NCBI RefSeq assembly: GCF_006345805.1
Contig: NC_043013.1
Coordinates: forward strand, 31,744,001-31,808,000
Length of the DNA stretch: 64,000 nucleotides
Source: Octopus sinensis
Taxonomy: Eukaryota
Direction of reading: 5' to 3'
Shown: positions 1 to 13,059 of the stretch, piece after piece
How the letters are laid out: every line of letters begins with the position of its first letter
Numbering within the stretch: the first letter of the stretch is position 1
Translations under genes and position numbers: made by a program
The notes under the pieces: generated by a model
Seen by the model: the letters and a program-made list of their open reading frames with translations, nothing else
The model's database searches: none
Told to the model about the DNA's origin: nothing

Positions 1-148
1 GACTATGCCTTTCAGCTTTTCAGGGTCGATAAATAAAGTACCAGTTACGCCCTGGAGTCGATATAATCGAATTAATCCCTTTCTCTGTCTCCTCTATATT
101 TAGCCCTTTTTTGTCCCCTGTATGTTTAGCCCCTTGTGGGCAATAAAG

Positions 149-152
<4 letters not shown>
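1..152 (+). mobile_element. SINE family A, 3' half
   Basis: GGGTCGATAAATAAAGTACCAGTTACGC...TTTAGCCCCTTGTGGGCAATAAAGAAATA matches the body and tail of the copies at 15200-15772. Confidence 0.8.
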
Positions 153-212
<60 letters not shown>

Positions 213-842
213 ATACATATATATGTCTGTATGTACATATTATATATGTATATGTATAAATGTACATCTAAAACTCTTTCACATACTGATAAACACATAT
301 CCAATTTCTCTTATAAAAGGGGTTGTGTGAATACAATGAATGAGTTCACTACTTTATTTTCCATTTCCCCAGACGGCGAATTAATAAAGTCATTGAAGCG
401 CCAGACAACATACCGGGATATATTTCTTGCCATTGTTTACCCATTGAGTTCACATCGCATCGATATGACTAGTTACCTTTCTTCCTTTCGAGGTCAAAAT
501 GTCAACCTGATACGGAAGCTTGCCAGCACTGAGAGAACAATGAACAATTTGCCTCGCAACTATTATTTCCTATCTCTACGTTCTAAATTTATTTTGCTAC
601 AGCTTATTTCGTTGATAGACATACTGTAATATCCAGTGTGAGACCACCACACTGCATTATCCTAAATAAAAGATTAAATATGTTACTTGAAAATCATCAT
701 GAACTGAAGAATTCGTTTCGAGAAAGGACAGAAAGATCAAATGTAGAATCTACAAATCATTTTGTTTTAAATGTGCTAGGAGTTTCGGATAAAATTTATT
801 TTCGTATTTTGCTATTTAATCAATCCTTACAGAAACATCCTT

Positions 843-1500
843 AAAAACGTTTCAGCCCGAAATCTGCGGCCATGCTGGGGCACCACCGTTGAATGTGCTA
901 CACTGGTATGTGAAACCACCTCTGATACGTGGCGCTCGGTCAACTAGGGAGTTCGATGCTGCTGCCCGCATCTGTGTTTCCTGCTGAGAGGTAGGTTCAT
1001 CTGGAACCCCTGACAAGAAGAGATCCAGTTTAGTTTTAAAGAAACCCACATCCACACCATGCAGGTCTCGCAGGCATTTAGAAAGGATATTGAAGAGCTT
1101 TGCTCCCATGAAACCCAAGCTGTTGCAGAATCTGGTCCTGTATTTTAATGGTGATGTTGGGATCTTTGGCACCATGCAGTGGCGCCCCTTTCTGCTGTTT
1201 CAATGCCAAAATTCATTTCAAGCCCCCCTCCCGTATTTTCCAGATGTGTATCCCTGCATGTCTCTCCCACCTTCGCTCCAGGGAGAATAGTTTTAATACT
1301 TTCAGTCTTTCCCAGTTGCTGATATGTTACATTGAGACGATCTTCTTAGTGTAACTTCATGGGATTGCTTCGAGTTCTGCTGTTAACTTTATATCGTGTG
1401 GTGACCATATTTTGGGAGCAGTAGTCCAAGCGCTGAGGACGAACGTTCTCCAAAGGACCATCAGTGTCTCATTTCATTTTATGCTTATGAATACTTATCA
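843..1500 (-). mobile_element. CR1/L2-like LINE, 5'-truncated 3' fragment (decayed RT C-terminus plus 3' UTR)
   Basis: Minus frames give LDYCSQIWSP and ORF 852..1175 (SLGFMGAKLFNILSKCLRDL...LDLFLSGVPDEP), collinear with 13080-13720; 3' tail CCAGCATGGCCGCAG...CTGAAAC then TTTTTAAGGA. Confidence 0.85.
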
Positions 1501-1696
1501 GCTATATTTTTTGAATCAGCGTATGTATCCTTCTAAATAAAAAGCGCCCTGGGATTCAAGTTACATTTTGAACACAGATTTAATTCCCAAATATTTTCTT
1601 TCTCTTCTTTAGTAGATTATGAGAACGGTGTTGATTTTGCTAATGTTCAGTTCATCGTGGCAACCAATAGCGATGTGCATGTGGGTGTTTGGATTT

Positions 1697-1703
1697 ATGT
1701 GTG

Positions 1704-1746
<43 letters not shown>

Positions 1747-1790
1747 TCGTGTGCGTGCGTGCGTGTGTGTGTGAGTGTGCGTGTGCACGC
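1697..1790. repeat. (TG)n/(TGCG)n microsatellite
   Basis: Alternating purine-pyrimidine tract visible in the sequence. Confidence 0.9.
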
Positions 1791-3395
1791 GTATAGAATG
1801 AGACACAAAAACACATTATCTTGATATTCTTTACTACTGAATAAGAATATTTCCTGTTCTTTCAATGAGAACTGTACGAGAGGATTTACATAAACATTGA
1901 TAGATGATTTTGCATGGGAAAACAGAATTTTTTTTCTTTTCTTCTTTTCTTACCTATTAATTAATTATTATTTCCCCCACCACCCACCCACCTTCTCAAA
2001 TGTATTCACCATTAAATACCTTTAGTGTACCATGTGCACAGTATAATAAAAGGATATTATTTTCCTTTTATCGCGTTGTATTAATTTCAAAGTTATTTGA
2101 TACTGCAGGATAAGCAACTGACAGATAAATATGACGGATATAGACGAAAATTTATTCCATAAATAATAACTTCTGAATTATTTATTTGCAATATAGTAAT
2201 TAAAGTTAAGAAATAGTCGTCTCATATTATTAACTTTTCTTTTCAAAAGAAATAAATCGTGCTTTCCAGAATATACATTATTAGGAAATATTTATAACAC
2301 ATATTAAATAACGTGTTTCAGTAATTTTAAGACTTAGGTTATTGTGGTAAACAATGTCGTGCCGTTGTGTCATACCTTGATGTTAATTGATCATTTTATT
2401 TAAATTTGAAATAGTTATAACTGATTTAACTGTATGATAAGTGATGAAAATATAAAGGAAATTAGATAGCGACTGCTGCTTTAAGATATCTACCTTAACT
2501 CCTCCCACATTCGACGCTGCTTCTTCTATCATCCCTTTAACGTATCTGCCACATAGTATCACCATAATTAAGACATTACTTTTAAGTATATCTATGGTAC
2601 TTCTCCCACAATCTCAATTATCTCGCCCATTTTCCTATTTAAATCACCTTTTCTGATCAATACTCTCCAACATTAGCCATTTCCTTTTTATTGATTATTT
2701 TTAATTAACTAAATGATTAAACTGCACCCCCCCCCCTTTATTTATACATTTCATGAACATTTACTAGAGTTGAGTCGCGTAATTATACTGAAGGTCTTCA
2801 TCAAAATAAAATAATTGCACTTCATTTTGTAAACGTATTGACTCAAGGATATAGTTCTGGTTAATTTGAGCATTTGATTAATAGCACAATTTACATAGAT
2901 GCATGTATACATACATACATATATATATACAAACATATATACATGTGCAGACCTACATACACACAAGCGCACATTTATATAGAATCATACATGCATACAC
3001 ATACATATACACGCACAGACACACATACATGTATACATATGTGTGTGTATGTGTGTATGTATCTATCTGTCTATCTATCTATATATCTGCTGCGATATAT
3101 TTATTTTTAGAGACAAAATTTTCACTGATATCCGTTAGGGGTCCATATAAGAATTTGTTGTTGAAATTCATGAGCAACAATTTGGTTATAATTCTAAGAT
3201 ATACAAAATTCTAAAATACTATTTAATAGAATTCCTAATATTTAATTATAAAAACATAATAGGATTTTTTGAACATCGAATGCTTATAGGTGTCCACCTC
3301 AGTAAAATAGGAATAAAAGGGGCCATAATTTAAAAAATGGCTCAGAACCTCTGCATTAGGGAATCTGTTGAAGCGAAGTTAATTGTTGCATGCAT

Positions 3396-3428
<33 letters not shown>

Positions 3429-3431
<3 letters not shown>

Positions 3432-4095
3432 TTATAGAGGGCATTATTATACATACATGCCACACGCTAAGAGGGACAAAATTAGTCATTTCTACCAAAA
3501 ATTTTACTAATCCCACCGAATGCAATTTTTCAAAGTAAGACATTTAAAAATATGGACTTGTATCACCTGTGATTTCATACCTCTGTATTACCCGATAATT
3601 TCTTGTTAAGTTTTCCTTATTAAGAAGTTGTCCTTAATTGCTAAATTTTTATTCCGAAAATACTTTTCCTTTCCCGAAATTCAATTCGTAAAAGTCTGCC
3701 ATTTACCGGATGTAATATATGTAAACCCACCCATGTGCTTCGTTGAGGTTGATCAGATAGTTGCTCGGCTTACACGAGTTGGGTTCGTTTATTTATGATA
3801 CGTCCAGACTTGCTGATGAATACAGAGGTATGAAATCACAGGTGATACAAGTCCATATTTTTAAATGTCTTACTTTGAAAAATTGCATTCGGTGGGATTA
3901 GTAAAATTTTTTGTAGAAATGACTAATTTTGTCCCTCTTAGCGTGTGGCATGTATGTATAATAATGCCCTCTATAAATTAATATGTTCAATAAGAAAGAA
4001 TTATTTTCGAAATTTTTTCTTTTATGAGGTTTTTCACGCTATCTACCCGATAATTTCTTGTTAAGTTTTCCTTATTAAGAAGTTGTCCTTAATTG

Positions 4096-4098
<3 letters not shown>
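3429..4098 (+). mobile_element. Non-coding HHR-bearing element (Penelope-like/retrozyme-like): inverted 161-bp arm, 455-bp monomer and 54-bp terminal direct repeat
   Basis: 3429-3589 is the reverse complement of 3819-3979 (about 1 mismatch); 3590-3643 is identical to 4045-4098; (TA)n on both flanks. Confidence 0.8.
3807..3853 (+). ncRNA. Type I hammerhead ribozyme, canonical core
   Basis: GACTTG-CTGATGA-ATAC(AGAG)GTAT-GAA-ATCAC(AG)GTGAT-A^CAAGTC: 6-bp helix I, 4-bp helix II, near-palindromic helix III, AUA triplet. Confidence 0.85.
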
Positions 4099-4160
<62 letters not shown>

Positions 4161-4188
4161 TATATATATGTATAAGCACACAATATCC

Positions 4189-4459
4189 TTTTCTACTCTA
4201 GGCACAAAGCCCGAAATATGGAGGAGGGGTCCAGTCGATCAGATCGGCCTCAGTATGTAACTGGTAGTTAATTTATCGACCTCAGTATGTAACTGGTAGT
4301 TAATTTATCGACCTCAGTACGTAACTGGTAGTTAATTTATCGATCCCGAAAGGATGAAAGGCAAAGTCGACCTCAGCGGAATTTGAATTCAGAACGTAAA
4401 GACAAATGAAATATTGCTAAGCATTTTGCCCGGCGTGCTAATGTTTCTGGCAGCTCGCC
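4189..4459 (-). mobile_element. SINE family A, with internal 32-bp triplication
   Basis: Reverse complement of the GGCGAGCTG...AGAAAC head, B-box GAATTCAAATTCC and GGTCGACTTTGCCTTTCATCCTTTCGGG body; triplication at 4248-4343. Confidence 0.85.
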
Positions 4460-4492
4460 GACTTATATTTATATATATATATATGTACAGTA

Positions 4493-4703
4493 TTCTTTTC
4501 TACTCAATCCACAAGGCCCGAAATTTTGGGGGAGGGGGCCAGTCGATTAGATCGACCTCAGTACGCAACTGGTACTTAATTTGTCGACCCCCAAAGGATG
4601 AAAGGTGAGGTCGACATCGGTGGAATTTGAACTCAGAACGTAAAGATAGACGAAACCCCGCTAAGCATTTCGTCCGAGGTTCTAACGTTTCTGCCAGCTC
4701 GCC
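4493..4703 (-). mobile_element. SINE family A
   Basis: Same head, body and tail as 4189-4459. Confidence 0.85.
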
Positions 4704-4847
4704 GACTTATATTTATATATATGTGTGCGTGTGTGTGTGTGTGTGCAATATTGCCTTGGCGTTCACGTGCGTGTATAGTTCCATATGTGTGTGTGTAGCC
4801 ATCCATGTGAATATAATTATTAATAGTAATATTATTATTATAAACAA

Positions 4848-5062
4848 GGTGGGGACCTGGCAGAATCGTTAACACGCCGGATGAAATGTGTGGCGTTATT
4901 TTGTTCTTTTAAGTTCTGAGTTCAAATTCCGCCGAGGTTGACTTTGTTTTTCATCCTTTAGGGTTTGATAAAATAATTACCCATTGAGAACTTGTGTCGA
5001 TGTAATCGACTAACCCCCTCACCAAAGTTTCTGGCCTCGTGTCAAAATATGAAACGAATAAT
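4848..5062 (+). mobile_element. SINE family A (diverged)
   Basis: CTGGCAGAATCGTTAAC...GAGTTCAAATTCCGCCGAGGTTGACTTTG...TCATCCTT. Confidence 0.8.
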
Positions 5063-5078
5063 ATCATTATTATGAATA

Positions 5079-5292
5079 AGGCAGCGAACTGGCTGAATCT
5101 TAGCACGCTGGACCAAGTGTTTTGTACATTTCTTCTGGCTTTGCGCTCTGAGTTTAAATCCGGCCGGAGTCGACTTTATCTTTCATCCTTCGGCTGATGA
5201 AATAAGTACCAGTTCAGTACTATGGGTCAATATAATCGACCTACTCGCCCCCCTCTAAATTCCAGGCCTTGTGCCTATAGTAGAAACAAATA
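5079..5292 (+). mobile_element. SINE family A (diverged)
   Basis: GGCAGCGAACTGGCTGAATC...GTCGACTTTATCTTTCATCCTT...AATAAGTACCAG...GGCCTTGTGCCTATAGTAGAAA. Confidence 0.8.
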
Positions 5293-5305
5293 TTATGAAT
5301 CAGTC

Positions 5306-5462
5306 GGCGTGGTGGTTCAATTGTTAGCGTGTCAGTGGAAACGCTTAACCACACTTCTTTCTGTTCTTTAAATTCTGTGTTCAAATCCCGCTGAGGTCAA
5401 CTTTGCTTTTAATTGTCAATAACGTAAACTACCAGTCAAGTACCGAGATGGGTATAATACAC
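5306..5462 (+). mobile_element. SINE family A, degenerate partial
   Basis: GTTCAAATCCCGCTGAGGTCAACTTTGC and TACCAGTCAAGTAC remnants. Confidence 0.6.
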
Positions 5463-5537
5463 GTTTTCATGATTGTTGATCTTGTGACAAATTTACAAAC
5501 AATTATTATTATGAATATTTCATTATTTTATAAAATA

Positions 5538-5831
5538 CTAGCAGAATCGCCCGCCGTTGCTCGGGTTTGTAAGGGAAATAACTATATAAGCATTTTTAGA
5601 GAGTTACTTCCCTTACATAATAGCAAAAAATGCATTAAAAATGAGTAAAAAAGGAGGGTAATTTTTTTAAATCGTAGACCTCATCGTAGACGCGCGCTAA
5701 TACCCAGAAAGGATCGATATGAATCACGACTATAAGACTTTTGGTTAAACTGCACCGCAAAATGTGGGGGTAGTTAGGAATCTAAATCGTAGGAGACAGA
5801 CACCACACAATCTCACTTTTATATATATAGA
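5538..5831 (-). mobile_element. Non-autonomous Helitron, copy 1 (294 bp)
   Basis: Minus strand reads A|TCTATATATATAAAAGTG...CCCGAGCAACGGCGGGCGATTCTGCTAG|T: 5' TC, 3' hairpin plus CTAG, A|T target. Confidence 0.85.
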
Positions 5832-6212
5832 TTATTGTTCTTTGTTACTATTTATCACGACTCTTCACATTTGATTGCGTAGTGCCCCCGTTTTTCTTTC
5901 ACATCCTTAGCGCATAATGTGTTCGTGAGCATGTACGAATGTGAGTGCATTCTTTTCAACCATGGTGTCTATATTTGGAGACGTAGATTCGATAAACTTA
6001 TATATCGATCCCACCAATCACCTCTTTCACATATTCCTGTGCTCTCATTTCCTTCACCCTCTTGTTATGGTAACCTGATGGCCCTTAACTTCATCACTAT
6101 ATTGTTCTTGTATTATACTGACGATGCTGAGTAAGAGGACTGCATTGTTTTGCATAATAAAACCAAAGGTATCACATAATAACGGTAGTTATTTTATTCA
6201 GACACGTGTATA

Positions 6213-6606
6213 TCTTTATATATAAAGGAGAAGTTGTGTGTCTGTCTCCTACGATTTAGATTCCTAACTACTCCCACATTTCGCGGTGCAGTTTAACCAA
6301 AACCGGGTATCTTATACTCGTGAGTCATACCCTTTCTGGGTATTAGCGCGCGTCTACGATGAGTCTACGATTTAAAACAAAATTACCATCATTTTTTTCC
6401 ATTTTAATGCATTTTTTTCGCTATTATATAAGGGAAGTAACTCTCTAAAAATGTCTACGATGAGTCAACGATTTTTAAAAAAATTAACCATAGATTTTTT
6501 TCCATTTTTAATGCATTTTTTTGCTATTTTTGGGCTATAACTCTCTAAAAATGCTTATATAGTTATTTCCCTTACAAACCCGAGCAACGCCGGGCGATAC
6601 TGCTAG
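6213..6606 (+). mobile_element. Non-autonomous Helitron, copy 2 (394 bp, internal tandem duplication)
   Basis: A|TCTTTATATATAAAGG...CCCGAGCAACGCCGGGCGATACTGCTAG|T; the TCTACGATGAGTC...AATGCATTTTT block occurs twice. Confidence 0.9.
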
Positions 6607-6836
6607 TAAGGTATAAAATGCCAGTTTGCATTTTCTGTATTCATTCTTCTATACGATGGATCTGATTCTGCACACTAGCCTATGTCAAGCTATGTTGGTT
6701 ACTGTCAAGCTGTATCGAACATAGGGGCAGAACTTGGAACATCTACATTGCATGCATACATAATACATAAATTCTATTGAAATTTATACATATAGAGAGA
6801 TGTGGGTGTGTGTTCGTGTGTGGGGGTGGTGCATCA

Positions 6837-6868
<32 letters not shown>

Positions 6869-9800
6869 GAGTCGAAGTCAAGCGATGCGCGTTATTATCG
6901 CCACCTTTAATATTTATTTCAGTTTTAAATCAGAAACTACAGCATCTACCTTTTTTTATTGATGTTCATATCTAGCATAAACTAGATTCAACTGAATATG
7001 AAATTATTTCAAATTCAGACTGAATATTTCAAGTTATCTTAGATAACAACATACCAAAATAATAGTTTAACTTATATAACAACAGACGTTTTTCATCATA
7101 TTTTTGGCAATTTTTATTAGCTTTGACACTTTCGAAATAAACATAGCATGTGGTTTATATTACAAATTTTTTTCTGGCCTAAACTTACCGAATTTATAGA
7201 ATCTATCTTGAATTTGTTTTCGTAAATTTCGATACTAAAACTTTAGCAAAATAATCTTCCTTGTTATACAATGATTGCAAAAATATTTCCGATGAAAGTA
7301 ATACACATTTTGATGTAAACATACGTGCAATATAATGAATTTCTTTCAAAAATATCGGTAAAACATTTAAAGAATTCACTGGGAAATTGCAGTTAATTAT
7401 TTAAAGAATATGATGAATGCGCATACTGTTTATGCCATTACACTTCTAGATCAAACAACCAGACACCCATGTTTATGGGAAGGCCATTACCTCATCGACA
7501 ACAAACTGTTCAAGTATGCTAATCATGTCAGTCTCTATAGGATTAACTATTATATATAGTTGTGATTTTCTCTCGTTGTAAGGTATATAAGTTTGACGAA
7601 GTTTGGTTTAACATTCTTAGAAGTTTAACAACATAAACTTGAGCTACTGTTTGAAATTTGAATTACGACATTGTTGAACGATAATCAATAAAAAGAGTGT
7701 CCCCCAATATTACTTGTAGATATCTTTATTATTGCTTTTCATTCAGATATGTTACGGTTCCCCAGATTTATAAGAGGAATAAAAACACCTTCAAATCGCT
7801 TAATGGGAAGCTCTGATAGGAAGCATTAATCTAAAAATATATCTCACGGATTTTTAAAGCACGATATAATGTTCCAAATAACATGATACAGCACTAACGT
7901 AAAACAGGTTCTGCAACAAATCGTCGTGAAACCTTTGATAGACTTGGACATTACAGATCATGAAACAGCATTGACTGAAGAAAATGAGTCAATTGCAAAT
8001 TCTCGTCGATTCTAAGATACATTCATAAGGCTACTGGAATACATAAATGTTATTCGACAGTGTGTGTCTGCATACGCAAGTGCAATACCATTTTATCGAT
8101 GCAAAAGAAGGCATAGCATCAGCTTTATATATTCTACGCTTAAATGTAGGAAAAGTATATAGGGAAACAAAAACTGGGATACCTTTTCAAAGCTTCTATG
8201 AGAGAGGGAATACGAACCATGTACAGTAAAGAAAAGACAGCAGATAGTAAAAATATCTTTAAACTTCACTGAATATATGTGAGCTCATTGCAATTCAAGC
8301 TGAATATAATATTGGGAGAAAATCATCTTTATGTGATTGGAAAAACTTCTCACATTGTGTCACATTTCATCCATTCAGGAGCATGACATGCTTGAGAATA
8401 ATGTTCTCGATCTTGCAAATGTAAATGTGGTATTATTCAGGTTGTAATATATGACAACAAAGGCTTAGTCGGAAATAATCAGCCACAATGATCTAAATAA
8501 GGGAACGCCAGGCGAATGGATGATGTAGAGTTTTAGAGGAAAACTTTCAAGTTGTTATAGAGATTTATAGTCCACCCAACAGACTAACAATAACGTGTAG
8601 TGTGCAACAGAAACCTGTCATGGGAACATTGTTCCGGGTGTTCGTGCACACAAACACTAGCTTCGCTGAATCAATAATTAAAACAAAAAAAACGTCTGTA
8701 ATTTATTCCTCTGATAATTGCAGCACAATAATTTTAAACCGTAATGTGATATACATTATGACTGTTTGTAACCGGCATTCAAGTTACTGGGAAAGAATAT
8801 CAAAATTCCGTTGCGAAACATCTATTATATGTTCGCTTGGATAGACTAGAGTAAGATGAGTGGTCAGCACTCGGTTCCCAGTCATGCTTGAAACTGGAAT
8901 TATAAATATGACTTAAATCCATGCCTTTATTACTAACACCGTGGGGAAGGTGCGGACGACTGTCAGAACGAATTCTCATGCAAATGTTTAAACAGGATTC
9001 GTGTGGGTTTTGCAAAGAATCATTATATAACTCAACTGAATTATTGCTTCTGTATGAGTCTGCATTGATAACGTCAATACAATTACTAAACTAGATTCAA
9101 TAGCATTGTTAATCACAACAAAATCGTATCTATGCAACAAGTGACTAACCATGATGTGTGGAAAGCTTTAAGTTTATAATTCTCAAAAGATGAGAGGGAT
9201 AAGGGAAGATATCAATGAACATTGGAAACGACTGAAATCATTGAAAATACTAGAAATACACGCCAAAATATTTGTATACTGCATATAGCATTAAGAGTAG
9301 TGTTGCGAAGGTTGGGAAAAATATGACAACAGCTCTTTAATAATATACTGAAAATAAGTAATCAATCTATCTATGTGTGTGCGCGCGCCTGTGTGTCTGT
9401 GTTTGTGTGTGCGCGCGTGTATGTGAGTATTTGTAGGATTAATTTGAATCAAAGTATTTTAATATTAAGGACACCATGCGATGGTCGAGATTTCCACGTC
9501 TGTCTATAAACTATATAAAGACAGATCTCTATATACCCGTCATATACCTACATATTCATATAGATACACATATGCATGCACCTGTACAAAAAAATATACC
9601 CAGACACACCGGTGCGCAGATTCAGGATCCAATGTAAGTTCCTGATCCAAAATAGGATAGGTTTCTGAAATGTTGTTTACATAAAATAAGAACAGAAATT
9701 TGTTGAAAGCTCACTACAGCTGTTTCAGACGCGTTTTTCTTATTAATGAATAATTCGATTGCATCTTGGAAAGAAAAAAATGTTTTCAACCGATGAATTA

Positions 9801-10269
9801 ATAATTTAAAATTAGGTACGAGATGGATTGAGGGTTGACCCTCTCTACGACAACAATGAAGTGACTGACCCTCGGATATGTCTGATTTAATCATTACAGA
9901 TTTACCAACATACTTCAAGGTATACAGGCGATAAAATCATGGAGCTCACGACAAATGATTTTGGCTACCAAATAAACTGGTGATGCAGCATCTGCTATTA
10001 CTTTGGATGCCCCAGTTAGATTTTCTTTTTTTTTTTTACATAATGCATTCCCGTGTTCTGCGTTCCATCTCTGCCCGAATTATTCTTGGGAGAACTGCTT
10101 AGCCCTAGACTTACAATAGGAAAATGTTTTTTAAGAACGGAACCTCCCAAAACATTAAAAGAATTCAGCCGTTTTAACGACTGAAATCAGCTGCACTGAA
10201 ACCATTTTTATTGTTTGGAAACCAGATACCTCCCATATATTACCTTATTTAAATGTGTATTTATCTATC

Positions 10270-10383
<114 letters not shown>

Positions 10384-11240
10384 CATCAGATTGATAAGAA
10401 AGTTGTTCTTGGACACTTTTAACATATCACTTTATTAACAATAAAGAACAATCAATCCAAAAGTTAATCCCCTCATTATCGATCACCTTTTGCCATCTTT
10501 CAGGCAGCGAATTGAACCTCTTCATCAAGAAATCGCGTGGCTTTGAATCAATGAGGTCGTAAAGGAACGATTTCCCATCTTCTTCGTTTTCGAACTCTGT
10601 ATCGCCAATCGCGCATTGCAAAGCAGAGATTAAGTGGTAGTCAGATGGGGCAAGGTCAGAAGAATACGGTGGGTGCACCATAATCTCTCAGTCCGCCTAC
10701 TTAAGCTTCTCCGACGTCTTCTTTGCACGATGTGACGGCGCGTTGCTTTGGTGGTAAATTATCTTCTTCAAAGTTGAGCGTTTCTCGGCCAGCGCGATCT
10801 TTTGACGGTCAATTTGTTCGTAGTAGACATCCTTGTCAACGGTTGTATTGCGTGGGAGAAGATCCAACATGATCAAACCACGGCAATCCCACCAAACTGA
10901 GATCATAAGCTTCTTTTGCACAAGCGGTCCTTTTGGCGAGGGTTTTGGCTGTTGACCTCTCCTACACCAGGATCGTCTGCACCTCTCGTTGGAGTACAGT
11001 ACCCACTTTTCATCCATAGTGATTACTGACCTGACTCCAACCAATCGAATCTTCGGCTTCGCCAGAGCAGACTTTGACATTCAGTGACGCGTGCTTGTTT
11101 GTTCACTTCAGTCAATCCATGTGGCACCTTATCGAGACGATGCAGGTGGTTTATGAACGTGACATGGGAGACGCCAAACTGTACCGCAAGTTGACATGCA
11201 GTTTGCATTGGATCGGTTTCAATGACTTGCGCATAGATAT
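10384..11240 (-). mobile_element. Mariner (DD34D) transposon, defective, 5' part lost in microsatellite
   Basis: ORFs give DEKWVLY, KLMISVWWD, HQSNAPSH and HPPYSSDLAPSDYHL; 34 residues separate the mutated second D position from PSD; in-frame stops; TIR-like end next to TA at 10382-10383. Confidence 0.9.
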
Positions 11241-11344
11241 ATATGTATATATGTATACATATGTATGTGTGCATATATATATGTATATACACATGTATAC
11301 ATATATATATTTATATGCACACACATGTATATATATATATTTAT

Positions 11345-11377
<33 letters not shown>

Positions 11378-11386
11378 AAGTGAGAA

Positions 11387-11445
<59 letters not shown>

Positions 11446-11866
11446 TGCACTTATGGCCATTGATTTCTTGAAGCTAAATTCTGAAAACAGGTAAATCAAG
11501 CAAATACTGTTGGAAGCCGCGAACTAAATCAAATGCTTGCAACCTCTGGTATTTACGAGTATTTGGTTGCACTCATTATCTTGTCAAATTCTCAACCGCA
11601 AATCCAGTGAATTAATGACTGTTCAGTTGAAATCTGTGACTACCCATGCTGTGCTCACAGAAACTCATGAGAATTGAAAAGGAAAACAAGAGAATTTGAT
11701 AATGATATTTGCACAGAAGATTGAAATGAAGCAATCCATAAAATAAAAACCATTCAAATGGAAATAATGTAACTTATAGACTTATATACATAATGTAAGT
11801 TATATATACATAGTCTTATGATACGGAAATAAAACATATCTTAGAAATAAGCCAGGAACTTCCATA

Positions 11867-12278
11867 GGCGCAGGAGTGGCTGTGTGGTAAGTAGCTTGCT
11901 AACCAACCACATGGTTCCGGGTTCAGTCCTACTGCGTGGCATCTTGGGCAAGTGTCTTCTGCTATAGCCCCGGGCCGACCAATGCCTTGTGAGTGGATTT
12001 GGTAGACAGAAACTGAAAGAAGCCTGTCGTATATATGTATATATATATATGTATGTGTGTTTGTGTGTCTGCATTTGTCCGCCTAGCATTGCCTGACAAC
12101 CGATGCTGGTGTGTTTACGTCCCCGTCACTTAGCTGTTCGGCAAAAGAGACCGATATAATAAGTACTGGGCTTACAAAGAATAAGTTCCGGGGTCGATTT
12201 GCTCGACTAAAGGCGGTGCTCCAGCATGGCCGCAGTCAGATGACTGAAACAAGTAAAAGAGTAAAAGAGTAAAGAGAG
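11867..12278 (+). mobile_element. SINE family B, full length (tRNA-like head, CORE-like segment, internal microsatellite, LINE-derived tail)
   Basis: GGCGCAGGAGTGGCTGTGTGG...GGGTTCAGTCC...CTTGGGCAAGTGTCTT...GGCGGTGCTCCAGCATGGCCGCAGTC...(GTAAAAGA)n. Confidence 0.9.
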
Positions 12279-12777
12279 TAATATACTAAGAGCGTACTAT
12301 TTTACAACATTGTACTTACTGAGGATTCAAGAAAGGAAGAAAATAAATAAATAAGAAGTAAAAGAGAGAAAAGATACAAAAATAATACAAACATTTACAC
12401 GTTTACTAGTTGGATTAAAGTAAGTAAATTCTGAATTATATAAATAATTTTTTGTGGGAATAAGATATTTAAAGGGAATACTCGGAGAAGAAATAAGAAA
12501 TATACTTGCCGGTTTAAGCGAAAAGCAGTATTCCTGAAAAAAAATAAATAAAAGAAACACATGCTCCGAATAATCCTAAGGATAAGAAATTTGATTACTA
12601 ATATGGGAAGACATGTGACTAGATTGGAAGATTTTGTTCACGAAATTCAGGATTGCAATTTTTCTTAAATAATACTAGACAACCATGAGAGGGAATATAG
12701 AACGCCTCTAGCACAAGATATACTATATAAATTTACATGATATATGTGTGTGTGTATATATATGCATACATATACAT

Positions 12778-12828
<51 letters not shown>

Positions 12829-12839
12829 ATACATAAGTA

Positions 12840-12874
<35 letters not shown>

Positions 12875-13004
12875 GTGTGTGTGTATATATGTATATATAT
12901 TTATGATATATTTAAATTATAAATATATATATCTATCATATATATGTGCGCATTACGTATATTATATGTATATATATATGTACATACACACACACACATA
13001 TATA

Positions 13005-13045
<41 letters not shown>

Positions 13046-13059
13046 ATATGTATAAAATC

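Noticed and set aside
704-745. CTGAAGA...TCG(TTT)CGA-GAAA hammerhead-like string
   Set aside because: No helix I or helix III pairing can be formed.
8800-8959. Minus ORF with a possible acceptor (CTGACAG)
   Set aside because: Short, weak polypyrimidine tract, no recognisable domain or partner exon.
9622-9918. Minus ORF with an internal acceptor-like TTTTTTCTTTCCAAG
   Set aside because: Would give only a roughly 50-nt exon with a weak donor; unsupported.
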